A stretch of DNA of 64,000 nucleotides from an uncultured delta proteobacterium (lineage in GTDB: Bacteria > Desulfobacterota > Desulfomonilia > Desulfomonilales > Desulfomonilaceae). The position numbers were made by a program, and so were the translations under genes. The DNA lies in assembly GCA_963789265.1 (NCBI GenBank), contig CAWBKB010000001.1:2527716-2591715 (forward strand), read 5' to 3'. The notes below the pieces were generated by a model that had not been told where the DNA came from, searched no databases, and saw only the letters and a program-made list of their open reading frames with translations. Below, one piece after another: positions 32,190-44,976 of the stretch (its first letter is position 1; the number at the start of each line of letters is the position of its first letter).

Positions 32190-33275
32190 TCAATCCAATC
32201 CTTTGTCCTCAAGCCATTTGGACAATAAGTCCGCAATTTCAAGATTATTTAGATCAGAGAAGGGGAAATGCGTGTTGCCACGAATGCCTATTTCGGGCAG
32301 ATGCACTACAGTGACATCACCGCCGTGGCGGTTCACGGCGTCCGCCCAAAGCCTGGCCATCTTCAGCCGAACACGCCATTGGTCTTGACCCGGGTTTGCG
32401 GAGGGTTGCTCCGGGATATTGTCGCCGTAATAGATGACAATCGGTATCTTTGTGAGCTTCATGAAATCTGACAAAGGAACGCCAACCGCCTTAAGCGTGC
32501 CGCCGGAGCTAGGCTTCGGAGGAGGCACTTCACCTTCCGGGAAAACGAAATTACTGCCCGGTTCATAGGAAGCGACAGCCCGGATATTCTGACTTTTGAT
32601 TACAGTTTGCCAGCCCATGCCGCCACTATGCGAATGGGTCACAAGAATTCCCTGGCCGATTTTGTCGAAGAGCGCCGCGACGGCGTCTGAGTTAACGTCG
32701 ATATCAATAGGGCCGGTGTCAGGCGTCATCTGACGGAAATATTGCTCCAAGGCCATAGGGTCTTTAGAGAATTGCACGCCAGGGAAGAAGTTTGGCCAGA
32801 CCCCGACGCGAAATATGTTGAACCATTTTTGCTCGTCCGGCATAGGCGTTATGGAGATCGGCTTGGTGCTTCGCCCAGCATTGCCGCGACGAGGCTGGTC
32901 AATCACGTAAACGCTGAAACCTCGTCGAAGGAAAATGTTTTGATAACCTTCGCGTCCGTCAGGGGTGGTTTCCCAAGTTTTTGAGAACTGCCCGTAGCCA
33001 TGCCAGAGAATGAGTGGTAATTTGCGAGCGTTCGGCGGTATCTGGTAAAACACATACGCGTGATCTCCGTGGAACGTTTGTCCTTCGGGCACCATTTTGA
33101 CAGAATCGAAATTACCGGGATTCGTTATGACGGTTCCACCGACGGCAAAACTGCCTTGTTCCTGGATACTCAGCAGGCCTGGCTTGCTGTTTGCCGCAGT
33201 CGTGAAACACGCGGACATAAGAATGCTGGCGATAACCAGGAAGATGGTGAAGAGTTTTTGATGTTTTGAACTCAT
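32190..33275 (-). CDS. Exported alpha/beta hydrolase
   Basis: Signal peptide; QGSFAVGG, WETTPDGREG, DQPRRG, THSHSG nucleophile elbow, GNTHFPF. Confidence 0.88.
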   Translation of the reverse strand: MSSKHQKLFTIFLVIASILMSACFTTAANSKPGLLSIQEQGSFAVGGTVITNPGNFDSVKMVPEGQTFHGDHAYVFYQIPPNARKLPLILWHGYGQFSKTWETTPDGREGYQNIFLRRGFSVYVIDQPRRGNAGRSTKPISITPMPDEQKWFNIFRVGVWPNFFPGVQFSKDPMALEQYFRQMTPDTGPIDIDVNSDAVAALFDKIGQGILVTHSHSGGMGWQTVIKSQNIRAVASYEPGSNFVFPEGEVPPPKPSSGGTLKAVGVPLSDFMKLTKIPIVIYYGDNIPEQPSANPGQDQWRVRLKMARLWADAVNRHGGDVTVVHLPEIGIRGNTHFPFSDLNNLEIADLLSKWLEDKGLD

Positions 33276-33352
33276 AGAAAACTCCTTTCTTGATGTCCGG
33301 ATTTCACGCTTGTGTTAGAAATCTCTGGCAAAGGCTGAGGATTGAGTGTGAA

Positions 33353-34510
33353 TCAATTGCCGTAATGCTCGTCGTTGACCTTTTCCATCCATTCAGTAGA
33401 TTTGCCATCGAGGGGCTCAAGGATGGCGATATGGGTCATTGCAGTATCCGGGGCGGCCCCGTGCCAGTGCTTTTGAAGAGGGAGAATCCAGACAACATCT
33501 CCTTCCCGAATCTCGTCGGCTCGGTCGCCCCAGCGCTGTACCCGTCCGGTGCCAGACGTCACGATCAGGAGTTGACCCATCGGATGGGCATGCCATGCGG
33601 TTCGTGCGCCTGGTTCGAAAGAGACGCTCGCCCCCCTAAAGTGTGCCGGATCGCGAGCCTGGAACGGGGTATCGATACGTACGAAACCCGTAAACCATTC
33701 GGCTGGCCCTTTGCGGGAAGGCTGTGAACCACTCCGCGTAATGACTCTTTTCTGCGGATTCTGCTCTGCCTGCCCGTTGGTGGAAACCTTCCCCATACCG
33801 CTGAGAACATCACCTAATACGGCAGAGGCGATATCGGCCTGTTTCTTGCCGAACTTGGATTCGATGACTGATATCAAACTCCTTAATTGCGCCTCGGTCA
33901 GCCCAGTATTAAAAGCGACTCTGAAATGAGATCTCATCTGGGGATTGAGTCCCTCAATATTGGCCAGGGCGGAAATCGTTGCGATCTCCCTGCTTTGGAA
34001 ATCCAGGTTGTTTCGCCCGAAGATGTCTCCGAAAAGGTGGCTTTTCAGAAAACGGTCAATAGCTGGAGTAAAGGTGATATACCTGCCGGAAGCCGGTTTA
34101 CCTATCAGGTGGGTCTGAATTTCCGTTCCGAGTTCGATGGTGCTTTTGTTGGCAGGCATGAGACTTGCTTCTTTGCCAAGCTCATCGTTGATCCCTTTAT
34201 GTTCCCGATCATCCAGGACGCTCATAAAAGTACCGATAGCGTTCAGGCTGCGGGGGAATCCCGCATAAGCGTACATCTGTACGAGTACTTCCTTGATTTC
34301 ATTGATGGTCAAGCCAGCATCCAGCCCTTCGTTCAGGGCTTTTCCCAGTTTTTGCAGATCGCCGCTGGCTGTGAAGGCAGCAATCGTGACTATCTTTTCC
34401 TGCTTGGCGTTCAGCCCTCCCATTTCCGTGGCCAGCGCATCCGAAATGGTCATTATGCCCAGCACAGTGACAACAATGCCTACCAGAAATTTCGCAAGTC
34501 TTATGTTCAT
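33353..34510 (-). CDS. Carboxymuconolactone decarboxylase-like (AhpD/CMD) + cupin fusion with signal peptide
   Basis: [20 protein letters not shown]-terminal [21 protein letters not shown]. Confidence 0.88.
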   Translation of the reverse strand: MNIRLAKFLVGIVVTVLGIMTISDALATEMGGLNAKQEKIVTIAAFTASGDLQKLGKALNEGLDAGLTINEIKEVLVQMYAYAGFPRSLNAIGTFMSVLDDREHKGINDELGKEASLMPANKSTIELGTEIQTHLIGKPASGRYITFTPAIDRFLKSHLFGDIFGRNNLDFQSREIATISALANIEGLNPQMRSHFRVAFNTGLTEAQLRSLISVIESKFGKKQADIASAVLGDVLSGMGKVSTNGQAEQNPQKRVITRSGSQPSRKGPAEWFTGFVRIDTPFQARDPAHFRGASVSFEPGARTAWHAHPMGQLLIVTSGTGRVQRWGDRADEIREGDVVWILPLQKHWHGAAPDTAMTHIAILEPLDGKSTEWMEKVNDEHYGN

Positions 34511-34520
34511 GGCATTCCCC

Positions 34521-35565
34521 TTACTCGCTGAGTGCTTTGCCGAAGAATTCCTTCAACTTTGCGACTGCCGGAGTCACATATTCAGGTTTGTCATACAAAT
34601 CAATATGCGACGCACTAGGAATGACAAAAAGCTCTTTCGGCTCTTTTGCTTTTTTCTGTACGCATCCTCACTGAAATAGAGCGTATCCGCCTCGGAACCT
34701 GCAATCATAAGGAGGGGACGAGGAGAGATGGTTTCTATTTGCTGGAAGGCGAAAAACGCCATCTGCATACCGAGACTTGTGAACATGTAGCGATTGGGAG
34801 AGTTGGGATGCTGCGCTCGTGGTGTGCGGTAATACTCATACCCCTCTCGATAGAGCCTTGGCATATCGTCAGTGAGTTGGTCTACCGAATCGACCACAAC
34901 CGGGACAAGTGGGACAGGTTCGCCACGGGCTTCACGTGTTCGTTGTTTGCCGACCTCTTCCAGGCGCTTCATGCGTTCTGCATAGGAAACTGTACCGCCG
35001 ACTCCTTCTCTGCGCGCTCTTCCCAAATCAAAGACACTGACACCTGCAACCGCTTTGATACGGAGTTCGGTCTGAGCCGCGTTGATCGCATATCCCCCAC
35101 CTGCACATATTCCCAACGCTCCAATGCGGTTTTCATCCACGTCGGAAAGATTACTGAGATAATCGATCGCGCTGTGGATATCTTCGATGCGGGTGGTAGG
35201 ATTTTCTATCAAGCGAGGTTCTCCGCCACTTTCTCCCTGATGAGAAGCGTCATAGGCCAACGTGATGAATCCCTGTTCGGCGAGCTTCTTCGCGTACAAC
35301 CCGGAGGTCTGCTCTTTGACGCCACCAAAAGGGTGAACGACGACAATGGCCGCATACTTCTTGCTCTTGTCGAAGTTGGGGGCCTGAACAGATTCCCGAC
35401 CACGGTAATCGTATTATTCGGAAATGAAACTTTTTCGACAGTGACGCCCTGAACTTTGTCATCCATATTCTTGGCCTCCAAATTCTGAATAATTCCAAAG
35501 CATGAGAAGACAACTATCAAAAATATACTTCCCACCGGGAATGAAACGTGTTTTCGAGTCAACAT
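34521..35565 (-). CDS. Alpha/beta hydrolase (DLH/DUF1100-like), two frameshifts in homopolymers
   Basis: [35 protein letters not shown]; tail KEPKELF...HIDLYD; shifts near 35380 (C5 run) and 34653 (A run). Confidence 0.8.
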
Positions 35566-35605
35566 GGCTGTTTCCTTTCGATTTATGTCATTTCTTGATC
35601 TTATG

Positions 35606-36517
<912 letters not shown>

Positions 36518-36556
36518 TTATGAAATGAACCAGGCTCGTTCTGTCATGCGGATCTC

Positions 36557-37318
36557 CTATTCTGTCATTTCTGTCACTTCGTTTATGGCCTTGAGCGCGT
36601 TGAGTGTGCGCGGATAGCCAATAAAAGGCAGTAATTGCGTGATGACATCAATAAGCCTGGTGCGGTCATTGCCCACACGAAGATTGGCCTGGATGTGGCC
36701 CTTGACCTGTGGTTCGCATCCGCCTAAGGAAACCAGCATACTGAGCGTGAGCAGTTCACGGGTCGGAATATCAATCCCTCGACGGGTGTAATAGTCTCCA
36801 AAACAGTTGCTGCTTAAGTAATGCTGAATATGGATGAGATCTTCGGGTGAAGACTCATACAGTTGCGCAACCATAGCCTCACCGATAACTTGCTTCTGCA
36901 CTTCGAGCCCTTTTTCCATGCGCGTGTCCGGCGTAGTGGTGGATTGGGCGGGCAAGGGAAGCTCGATGCCACGTTCTTTGACCACTTCGTTCGTACTGTA
37001 CAGAAAATCAAACACCTTGGCGATGCCCACATAGGGGACGGCCTGGTAAATGATCTCTTTCACCTCAACTGGGGTGACGCCTACGTTCAGTGCTGCGCCA
37101 AGCATCACTTTGTATTCGCTCAATGTCTGTTGGGCGATGAGTGAAGCCAGGATCACCATCAGCCTGGTTTTCGTCTCCAGGTCGCCATGGGAGGCCACTT
37201 CGTCAAAGGCGAAATTGTCGAACATTTCGACCAATTCGGGATCGGTGATGGTGAGTGTTGATTGATGGTCCGGGAACAGCTCATCATGGTTCTTACGTGC
37301 TGTCTCAGTGATAGCCAC
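36557..37318 (-). CDS. Tandem carboxymuconolactone decarboxylase family protein
   Basis: TDPE..E.FDNFAFDEV, YQAVPYVG, NCFGDYYTR, IGYPRTLNA. Confidence 0.9.
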   Translation of the reverse strand: MAITETARKNHDELFPDHQSTLTITDPELVEMFDNFAFDEVASHGDLETKTRLMVILASLIAQQTLSEYKVMLGAALNVGVTPVEVKEIIYQAVPYVGIAKVFDFLYSTNEVVKERGIELPLPAQSTTTPDTRMEKGLEVQKQVIGEAMVAQLYESSPEDLIHIQHYLSSNCFGDYYTRRGIDIPTRELLTLSMLVSLGGCEPQVKGHIQANLRVGNDRTRLIDVITQLLPFIGYPRTLNALKAINEVTEMTE

Positions 37319-37330
37319 GAAAACCTCCGT

Positions 37331-37738
37331 TTACTTTAAGGCGTTGTAGTCTTCGTCCGCTACAGGTTCCAGCCAAGTGGCCGGGCCTTTTTCCGGGCTG
37401 ACCTCGATGGCAAGGTGGACGAACCAGCTATCTTTGGCCGCGCCGTGCCAATGCTTTACATCGGCTGGGATATTGACAACATCGCCGGCGTGAAGCTCCC
37501 GGGGCGGTTTTCCCCATTCCTGGTAGTAACCTCGTCCTCCTGTCACGAGGAGAATCTGGCCACCAGCGTGCTTGTGCCAGTTATTGCGGCAGCCCGGTTC
37601 AAAGGTCACATTGCCGATGGGACAAGCCGAACCGAAAGGCGACAACATGTTAAGCCATACGGTTCCTTTAAAATTCTCGCTTTCCAATTTTTCTCCGATG
37701 GGGAAGATGACGCTTCCGCGGAGCTTTTCTGTACTCAT
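37331..37738 (-). CDS. Cupin domain protein
   Basis: NVTFEPGCRNNWHKH.GGQ, KHWHGA; start after SD CAGGAGG. Confidence 0.9.
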   Translation of the reverse strand: MSTEKLRGSVIFPIGEKLESENFKGTVWLNMLSPFGSACPIGNVTFEPGCRNNWHKHAGGQILLVTGGRGYYQEWGKPPRELHAGDVVNIPADVKHWHGAAKDSWFVHLAIEVSPEKGPATWLEPVADEDYNALK

Positions 37739-37826
37739 GATTTCCTCCTGATGATGCATGGCGGATTCATGCCATCTTCTTTTTTGAGGCAAAAGAATGT
37801 AAGCCGAACCTCTTTGCCTGATTCCT

Positions 37827-38817
<991 letters not shown>

Positions 38818-38842
38818 CTATCTCGTGTTTCAGAGTGTTCGA

Positions 38843-39671
38843 TCACTTCGGACCAAGTTCACCGTACCAGTAGGCGGCAGTGACTCCGCCGTCCATAAGG
38901 AAGTCGCTGCCCGTGATGAACGCTCCGTCCGGCCCCATCAGAAGAGCACCAACGGTTCCGACCTCGTCCGGGGTGCCGGCACGCCCAGCCGGGCACAGCT
39001 CGAGGCATGCGCCTGTAGCCTTCACCTCGGGGACCGTTCAATTCGTCCTTGGCAAGCGGAGTGATAATGATGCCGGGGCTGATCGTGTTGACTCGCGCAC
39101 CGCGCTTGCCCCACCGTACCGCCTCGGCCATCACCCGTAGCGAGTTCCCGCGTTTGGAGATTTGGTAGGCGTAGAGCGGGTCCGTCACTTGGTCTGGTTG
39201 GAGCATCGGAAGGGCGAGCAACTCGTCGGCGGGCGTGGCCGCCAGCGCCTTGTTTTGCTCGGGGGTCAGCGCTGGGAGACGGTGCCCCGACTGAGAGGCG
39301 ATAACGACGCCCGCTCCGCCGTGCGCAATGAGGTTTCCGAACTCCTCAAGTACGAGAGCGGTACCATACAGATCGACCTGTAGGATCGTGGCAGGCGATG
39401 CCTGCGTGGGGGAAACACCGGCGGCATGAATGACTCCGGTAATGGTACCAATCGCTGTGGCTGCCTCGACGAGTGCGTGGACTGACTTGCGTGAAGAGAC
39501 GTCGACGATCACGGTACTCACCTCAAAACCGGCGTCGCTAAGGACTTTTGCGGCCGCATTGGCGTTTTCCTGGTGCAGATCACCCAGCAGAATGTGCTTT
39601 CCTGAGCTAATGCGCCGCGCGATTGCCTGACCGATCGATCCGGCACCGATGACGACGATAACATTGGTCAT
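38843..39671 (-). CDS. Short-chain dehydrogenase/reductase, +1 frameshift near 39005
   Basis: GAGSIG, HAAGVSP, YQISK, VNTISPG; tail CPAGRAGTPDE..FITGSDFLMDGG in the second frame. Confidence 0.88.
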
Positions 39672-39760
39672 TGTATTCTCCTTTCTCGAGCTAAGCGCTT
39701 CGCCTAATTCACGCTTTTGCACTCTTTGTTCCTCCCATAGGATTGCTCAATTAATGGGAG

Positions 39761-40948
39761 TTACAAGGCCGTCCTCAGAACCTCTACGATATCCTCTTTG
39801 CTCATGGGCGGACGTCCGGGCAGGTTGCCATTCCCGTCGTGGACGACAAGCACCGCATCCTCTGCGTAGCGCGAAAACAGTTCATCACCGATGCCAAGCT
39901 CCGAAAGACGTGTGGGGCACCCAATGGAACGTAAAAAGTCTTCGAACTTATCAATACCTTCCATGGCCAGGCTGATGTCGTCTTTATCAGTCACCGATAA
40001 GCCGAAGATGCGCTGCGCGAACTGCGCAAAGCGTTCGGGACGGGCCTTGGCGGCAAAACGCATCCAGGCCGGATTGAGCACAGCCAATCCGGCTCCATGC
40101 GTGATGGCATGGTGAGCGGAGAGCGCATGCTCGATCATGTGCACCGGGGGTGTGTAGTTCGTGCCGACTTGCACCCACCCGTTAAGGGCCACAATTGATG
40201 CCCACTGCACTTGAGTGCGAGCTTCGGGGTCACGCCCGTCGGCTACTGCCTTCCGACCCCACTCTATGGCGTTGATGATGACGCCTTCGGCGAAACGGTC
40301 CTGGATTGGCGTGCCGTCGACACCGGTAAAGTACCCCTCGGTCACATGGGTGATAATGTCGCAGATGCCGTATGCGGTCTGATCTTTCGGGACGGTCAGG
40401 GTCAGTTCTGGATCGACCAGTGCGACTTTCGGAAAAAGGCAGTCGGCGACCACGAACGATTTCACTTTCGAATCGTCGTTGCTTATGACTGCGCCTTTGT
40501 TCATTTCCGAACCGGTGGCGGCCAGAGTGGGCACGGTGATGATAGGCAGGGCGTGCGTCGGGATTGCCCAGTTATCCTGTCCGTGGCCGATCATATCCCA
40601 GGGGTCACCATCATATAGGGCCGCTGCCGCGATCACCTTGGACGCGTCCATGGTACTGCCGCCGCCGAGTGCGATAACCACGTCGCAGCCTTCGTTGCGA
40701 GCCATGTCCGCGCCGCGGACCACGGAGGTGATTCGAGGATTGGGCTCGACACCGGAGCATTCCTTCACTGAAACACCAGCGTCCTTCAGACTCGCCACAG
40801 CGCGATCAAACACGCCGTTGCGCTTGATACTGCCGCCGCCGGTGACGACGAGGGCGCGATTGCCGTAGGAACGAGCCACCTCGCCTAGGCGCGATAACGT
40901 CCCAGCTCCAAAGATGATCTTCGTCGGATTTTGGAATTCGAATTCCAT
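39761..40948 (-). CDS. Iron-containing alcohol dehydrogenase (butanol dehydrogenase/YqhD-like)
   Basis: NPTKIIFG, GVEPNP, GGGSTMD, TLAATGSE, HMIEH, HGAGLA. Confidence 0.92.
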   Translation of the reverse strand: MEFEFQNPTKIIFGAGTLSRLGEVARSYGNRALVVTGGGSIKRNGVFDRAVASLKDAGVSVKECSGVEPNPRITSVVRGADMARNEGCDVVIALGGGSTMDASKVIAAAALYDGDPWDMIGHGQDNWAIPTHALPIITVPTLAATGSEMNKGAVISNDDSKVKSFVVADCLFPKVALVDPELTLTVPKDQTAYGICDIITHVTEGYFTGVDGTPIQDRFAEGVIINAIEWGRKAVADGRDPEARTQVQWASIVALNGWVQVGTNYTPPVHMIEHALSAHHAITHGAGLAVLNPAWMRFAAKARPERFAQFAQRIFGLSVTDKDDISLAMEGIDKFEDFLRSIGCPTRLSELGIGDELFSRYAEDAVLVVHDGNGNLPGRPPMSKEDIVEVLRTAL

Positions 40949-41136
40949 TATCGTCTCCTTGCTTGATGTCGTCTTGATGATCACAATCTAATCCTGATCG
41001 AATAGAACTAGGTAGCTCGATCCTGTCGGATTATTGCCTATTCGTCCGAATGGTCGAAAACGGTTGCCGGAAGAAGGTCGGGCGTGATATTTTCAGATCT
41101 GGATTCTATCTACGACAGTAGCAAGGCAGTAACCAC

Positions 41137-42048
41137 ATGAAGACGGACGACACCATGGAACATGCGCTTGATGAATTAGGAAAGAGTATTGCCCGATGGA
41201 CCGAGCAGGGCGAGCTACAGACGACCGCCGTTCCCGGTTTGTCACTTTTTCGACGGAACCAACCGACGGACCCGATCAGCGGAATGTATGAACCGAGCAT
41301 TTGCGTAATCGCACAAGGTGCAAAGCGTGTGATTCTCGGTGACGACACCTATGTGTATGACGGTCACCACTACTTGATTACGTCCGTGCATCTGCCCACG
41401 GTTGTGCAAATCATCGATGCGAGCGAGGAAAGGCCTTATCTGGGTCTAAGGTTGAAACTCGATATGCGCGAGATTTCGCAAATGATGGTGGACAGTAATC
41501 TTCCTGCGCCCCGCGTGCAGCAATCAAGCCGCGGCATGGCGACCGGCGAGGTGACACTTCCTCTGCTTCACGCTTTTCAGCGGTTGGTCGCTTTACTTGC
41601 CGATGAAAAGGACATCCCCATTCTTGCGCCAACAATCCAGCGGGAAATCGTTTACCGCTTGCTTGTGGGCGATCAAGGCTCACGCCTGCGTCAAATTGCG
41701 TCGGCGGGAAGCCAGAGTCAGCAGATCTCCCGGACAATTGAATGGTTGAAGGGGAACTTCGCCCAGCCGTTGCGTGTCGACGATCTATCGGCCAAGGCGG
41801 GGATGAGCGCCTCAACCTTTCATCACCATTTCCGGTCGATGACCGCTTTAAGCCCCTTACAGTTCCTGAAACAGCTACGCTTGCAAGAAGCCAGACGACT
41901 GATGCTTACGGATCACCTGGATGCTGCGACTGCAGCTTTCCAAGTCGGTTACGAGAGTCCTTCGCAATTCAGCCGTGAATACAGCCGCTTATTCGGCGCA
42001 CCGCCGTTGCGAGATATTGCAAGCTTGCGTCAAATGGCGGCTGTTTAA
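41137..42048 (+). CDS. AraC-family regulator (YqhC-like, AraC_N domain)
   Basis: YEPSIC.IAQG.K, REI.YRLL, SPLQF.K..RLQEAR, VGYESPSQFSREY.RLFG; divergent from the oxidoreductase cluster. Confidence 0.95.
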   Translation: MKTDDTMEHALDELGKSIARWTEQGELQTTAVPGLSLFRRNQPTDPISGMYEPSICVIAQGAKRVILGDDTYVYDGHHYLITSVHLPTVVQIIDASEERPYLGLRLKLDMREISQMMVDSNLPAPRVQQSSRGMATGEVTLPLLHAFQRLVALLADEKDIPILAPTIQREIVYRLLVGDQGSRLRQIASAGSQSQQISRTIEWLKGNFAQPLRVDDLSAKAGMSASTFHHHFRSMTALSPLQFLKQLRLQEARRLMLTDHLDAATAAFQVGYESPSQFSREYSRLFGAPPLRDIASLRQMAAV

Positions 42049-42269
42049 GAAGTCCGATAGTGCGCAGGCACGGAGACATGAATGCGAAAGCGACTCTTCG
42101 AGCAGGGGTTTTGAGAATAACGGAATGGAAGTTCCGCTCGAAGCTCCGGGAAGGAGAATTGCCCGATTGGACCTCGCTGGATAAAATGTTGTAACCACGC
42201 AATGCCGTTGAAAGTGGCTGCTCACTAGCCTTCGATTCCCAAAAATCGGCTATTATTGCGTGTGTAACT

Positions 42270-43409
42270 TTACTCGAAGTATTTATCAAGCCCCATCAGG
42301 CTGTGTAATTTTTCAAAATTTGTCCTTTTCATTCGAAACATGACGGTTGCATAACTTAACCCCTCGAAGGGTAGAGCATATCGTTCAAGTCCCGGTTCCG
42401 TGCAGATGAGGCACTCTTGATGAGTGCCGGCGGTCCTACGAAACCGGGAGGCTTGATGCGATCGGACCAGGTTTTCAAAGGACTTGTCCTGAATGTTGCC
42501 AATGGAATAGTTGATAAGCGGGCAAGGATACACATCGCCGGTGCTTCGTATAAAGAAATAGTTGAATCCAGTAGTACAGGGTTTCTCCACACTCCCTGTT
42601 CGGAAATAATTCTGCAAGACGTTTCTGTGATAGCTCCAAGGAAATAGCTCCGTGGAATAGAAACTAGCGAGTTTGTCCAAATCTTTGGCACTGAATTGTA
42701 GTTCCTCACTATGATCGAGGTTGGCGTAGCGGACCTTCGTGAGAATCCGTGGAGAAATGATGGTGAATAATTCTCGATCTTGTGCAAACATTGCGATGGA
42801 AGTCAGGTGGTCGACATTTGCGGGAACGACGGTGGTTTTGAGACCGACCACAAGGTTTGGAAAAGCACGTCGCATTCTGCGGAGGCCGTCAATCGTTTGG
42901 AGAACCTTTGGCCAGGCACCCGATACGCCGCGGATTTTTTCATGGACCTCACCGATTGCATCGACGGCAACTGCAAACACCAAATCGATATGCCTACTAT
43001 TGAGGCGATCTGCCATGACGCCGGCCTTATTCAGTATGCGCCGCGTCAACAGACCGTTCGTTGTGACAGCCACGGTTCGCAATTTGGCGTACAGATCTGG
43101 TTTGTTGTGTGAAATCGCCTCCACGAGATTGACGATATCATCACTTAGGAACGGTTCGCCGCCGGTGATGTCAATTTCTCGGAGTTGCTTCAGCTCGCTT
43201 GACGCCAGGAGTTTCAACCACTCGGAAAGGGGAAGGTCTTTAACAGTGGCAGGAATCTTCCATATATTACACATCATGCATCGAGCGATGCACCGGTGAG
43301 TGATTTCCAAGGACAGCGCTTGAATTGGACAGCTCCCACCGGTTAGCCGGGAAATACGATAGCGGAGGCCGTTTCTTGCCAGCCTCAGCAAAAGTGGCAG
43401 GCTGCTCAT
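42270..43409 (-). CDS. Radical SAM protein with SPASM/Twitch-type C-terminus, last gene of the mft cluster
   Basis: CIARCMMC, ITGGEPF, TTNG, C-terminal CTTG...GDVYPC...CLIC. Confidence 0.88.
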   Translation of the reverse strand: MSSLPLLLRLARNGLRYRISRLTGGSCPIQALSLEITHRCIARCMMCNIWKIPATVKDLPLSEWLKLLASSELKQLREIDITGGEPFLSDDIVNLVEAISHNKPDLYAKLRTVAVTTNGLLTRRILNKAGVMADRLNSRHIDLVFAVAVDAIGEVHEKIRGVSGAWPKVLQTIDGLRRMRRAFPNLVVGLKTTVVPANVDHLTSIAMFAQDRELFTIISPRILTKVRYANLDHSEELQFSAKDLDKLASFYSTELFPWSYHRNVLQNYFRTGSVEKPCTTGFNYFFIRSTGDVYPCPLINYSIGNIQDKSFENLVRSHQASRFRRTAGTHQECLICTEPGLERYALPFEGLSYATVMFRMKRTNFEKLHSLMGLDKYFE

Positions 43410-43416
43410 GCGAACC

Positions 43417-44976
43417 TCACCGGGGGGAATCCGCAGCAAGAGATCTTTGATGTTTACGTTTTACCGACAGCCCCGGAAACACGGGAGAGAAGAACTTTTC
43501 CCTGAAACAGCCGAACCACACTCCTGACTGATACGAAAGCTGCTCCAAGGAAAAAATACCCAAAAAATACAGAATATTAATGTGTGGCTTTCGACTGGAA
43601 AACTCAATTGTTCCCACTCCTAAATGTGCCAGCCATATTGCCGCGGCAGCCACCGGAAAGGCAGGTGCCAGCAAGGTGGCGATAATAAGATAATATCGGG
43701 AGACAAACGAGCAAATCTGGTACATGAAGCTAAAATAGCTGCGAAACACCGCGACCAATACCTGCATCAACGGAACCGGGATTCCCATGTCGCGCACGCT
43801 TCGCCTTCTCATGACGGCGTCGCCCAGAGCCGTCACCGCGGCAAATGCGGCCGCCACAGGTTCTGCAAAAAGTGCCGTAATCAACAGTAACCAAAAGCAT
43901 ACCGCGGCAGGCAAGAGAGCGAACGTTTTTCTTCTTGCCGGATGAAGCGCCTGCAAGAGCGGTTCGCTTGTTCCGTATTCAAACCGTCTCATGCAAAAAG
44001 CTCTCAAGCGGTTTCTGTGCCGATGCAATACTCTTGCCGAGGGACGAAATTCGATCGAGCGGTTGCTGTCCATTATTCGCCAACAGAGGTCCACATCTTC
44101 GCCTACTTCCAGGGCTTCGTTGAATCCCCCCACCTTGAGAAAAAGCTCTCGACGTACCGCAAAATTGCAGGAGGGGAGGTAAAAGAATTTGCTTTTAAGG
44201 GTAGAATCGTTGCAGCGGATTTCAACCTGGAGCGGCGATTTAACCTTTTCGTAACGATCTAGAGGCTCTGTATCATCGTATGAATCTACCAATCCCCCCG
44301 CTGCTCCCACTTGCGGATCCTCGAAGACCGATGTAATTTCCAACAGCCACATTGAGTCCACGACACAATCTGAATCCACGAAGAGCAGTGTTTCGCCATC
44401 TGCTTGCCTTGCACCACGGTTGCGGCACGCTGACGCTCCCTGCCTCTTAGTCATGCGTTCCACCCTTACGGGAAAACGACTGACCACGTCGACGGTTTCA
44501 TCCTCGGAAGCATCGTCTACCACAACGATCTGCAGCTTCTCTTTGGGGTACGCGACCTCGAGAAGAGACTCGAGACATAGCTTGATTTCCGCGGCCCTGT
44601 TGCGGACCGGGATGACAACCGAAACAGTGGCCAGTGGCTCATGCACTGTTGCGCCGTAGCTCTCCAAAAAACCCATCTTTTCAAATCGATAAAGTAAGTG
44701 GTCCAACGAAGTCTCAGCGAGCGAAGGGGTGAGCTTAACCAGATTTTCGGCCGATCGAGGGCCCAAATCTTCTAGGTGGCGGAAGATCTCAGTGAGACCT
44801 GCTCCTAATCGAAGTGCCTTAAGCGGGTAGTTCCGCAGCAGGAATGAATGAGGGACTCTTTGTACCAGTCGTACACCTGTGGCGAGCTTGTAGGTTCGGG
44901 TGCCCAATCGAGCACTGATTGTGTCAATTTTCGACCTGTCGATATGGCCCTCCATGCCAAGACTTTCCGGTGACAT
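43417..44976 (-). CDS. mftF: Mycofactocin glycosyltransferase MftF (GT2)
   Basis: VVIPVRNR, VVDDAS, FVDSDC, RYE...SPL, YLPSCN, VGEDVDLCWR, YGTSE.LL..LHP; TAATG coupling with etfB. Confidence 0.88.
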   Translation of the reverse strand: MSPESLGMEGHIDRSKIDTISARLGTRTYKLATGVRLVQRVPHSFLLRNYPLKALRLGAGLTEIFRHLEDLGPRSAENLVKLTPSLAETSLDHLLYRFEKMGFLESYGATVHEPLATVSVVIPVRNRAAEIKLCLESLLEVAYPKEKLQIVVVDDASEDETVDVVSRFPVRVERMTKRQGASACRNRGARQADGETLLFVDSDCVVDSMWLLEITSVFEDPQVGAAGGLVDSYDDTEPLDRYEKVKSPLQVEIRCNDSTLKSKFFYLPSCNFAVRRELFLKVGGFNEALEVGEDVDLCWRIMDSNRSIEFRPSARVLHRHRNRLRAFCMRRFEYGTSEPLLQALHPARRKTFALLPAAVCFWLLLITALFAEPVAAAFAAVTALGDAVMRRRSVRDMGIPVPLMQVLVAVFRSYFSFMYQICSFVSRYYLIIATLLAPAFPVAAAAIWLAHLGVGTIEFSSRKPHINILYFLGIFSLEQLSYQSGVWFGCFREKFFSPVFPGLSVKRKHQRSLAADSPR

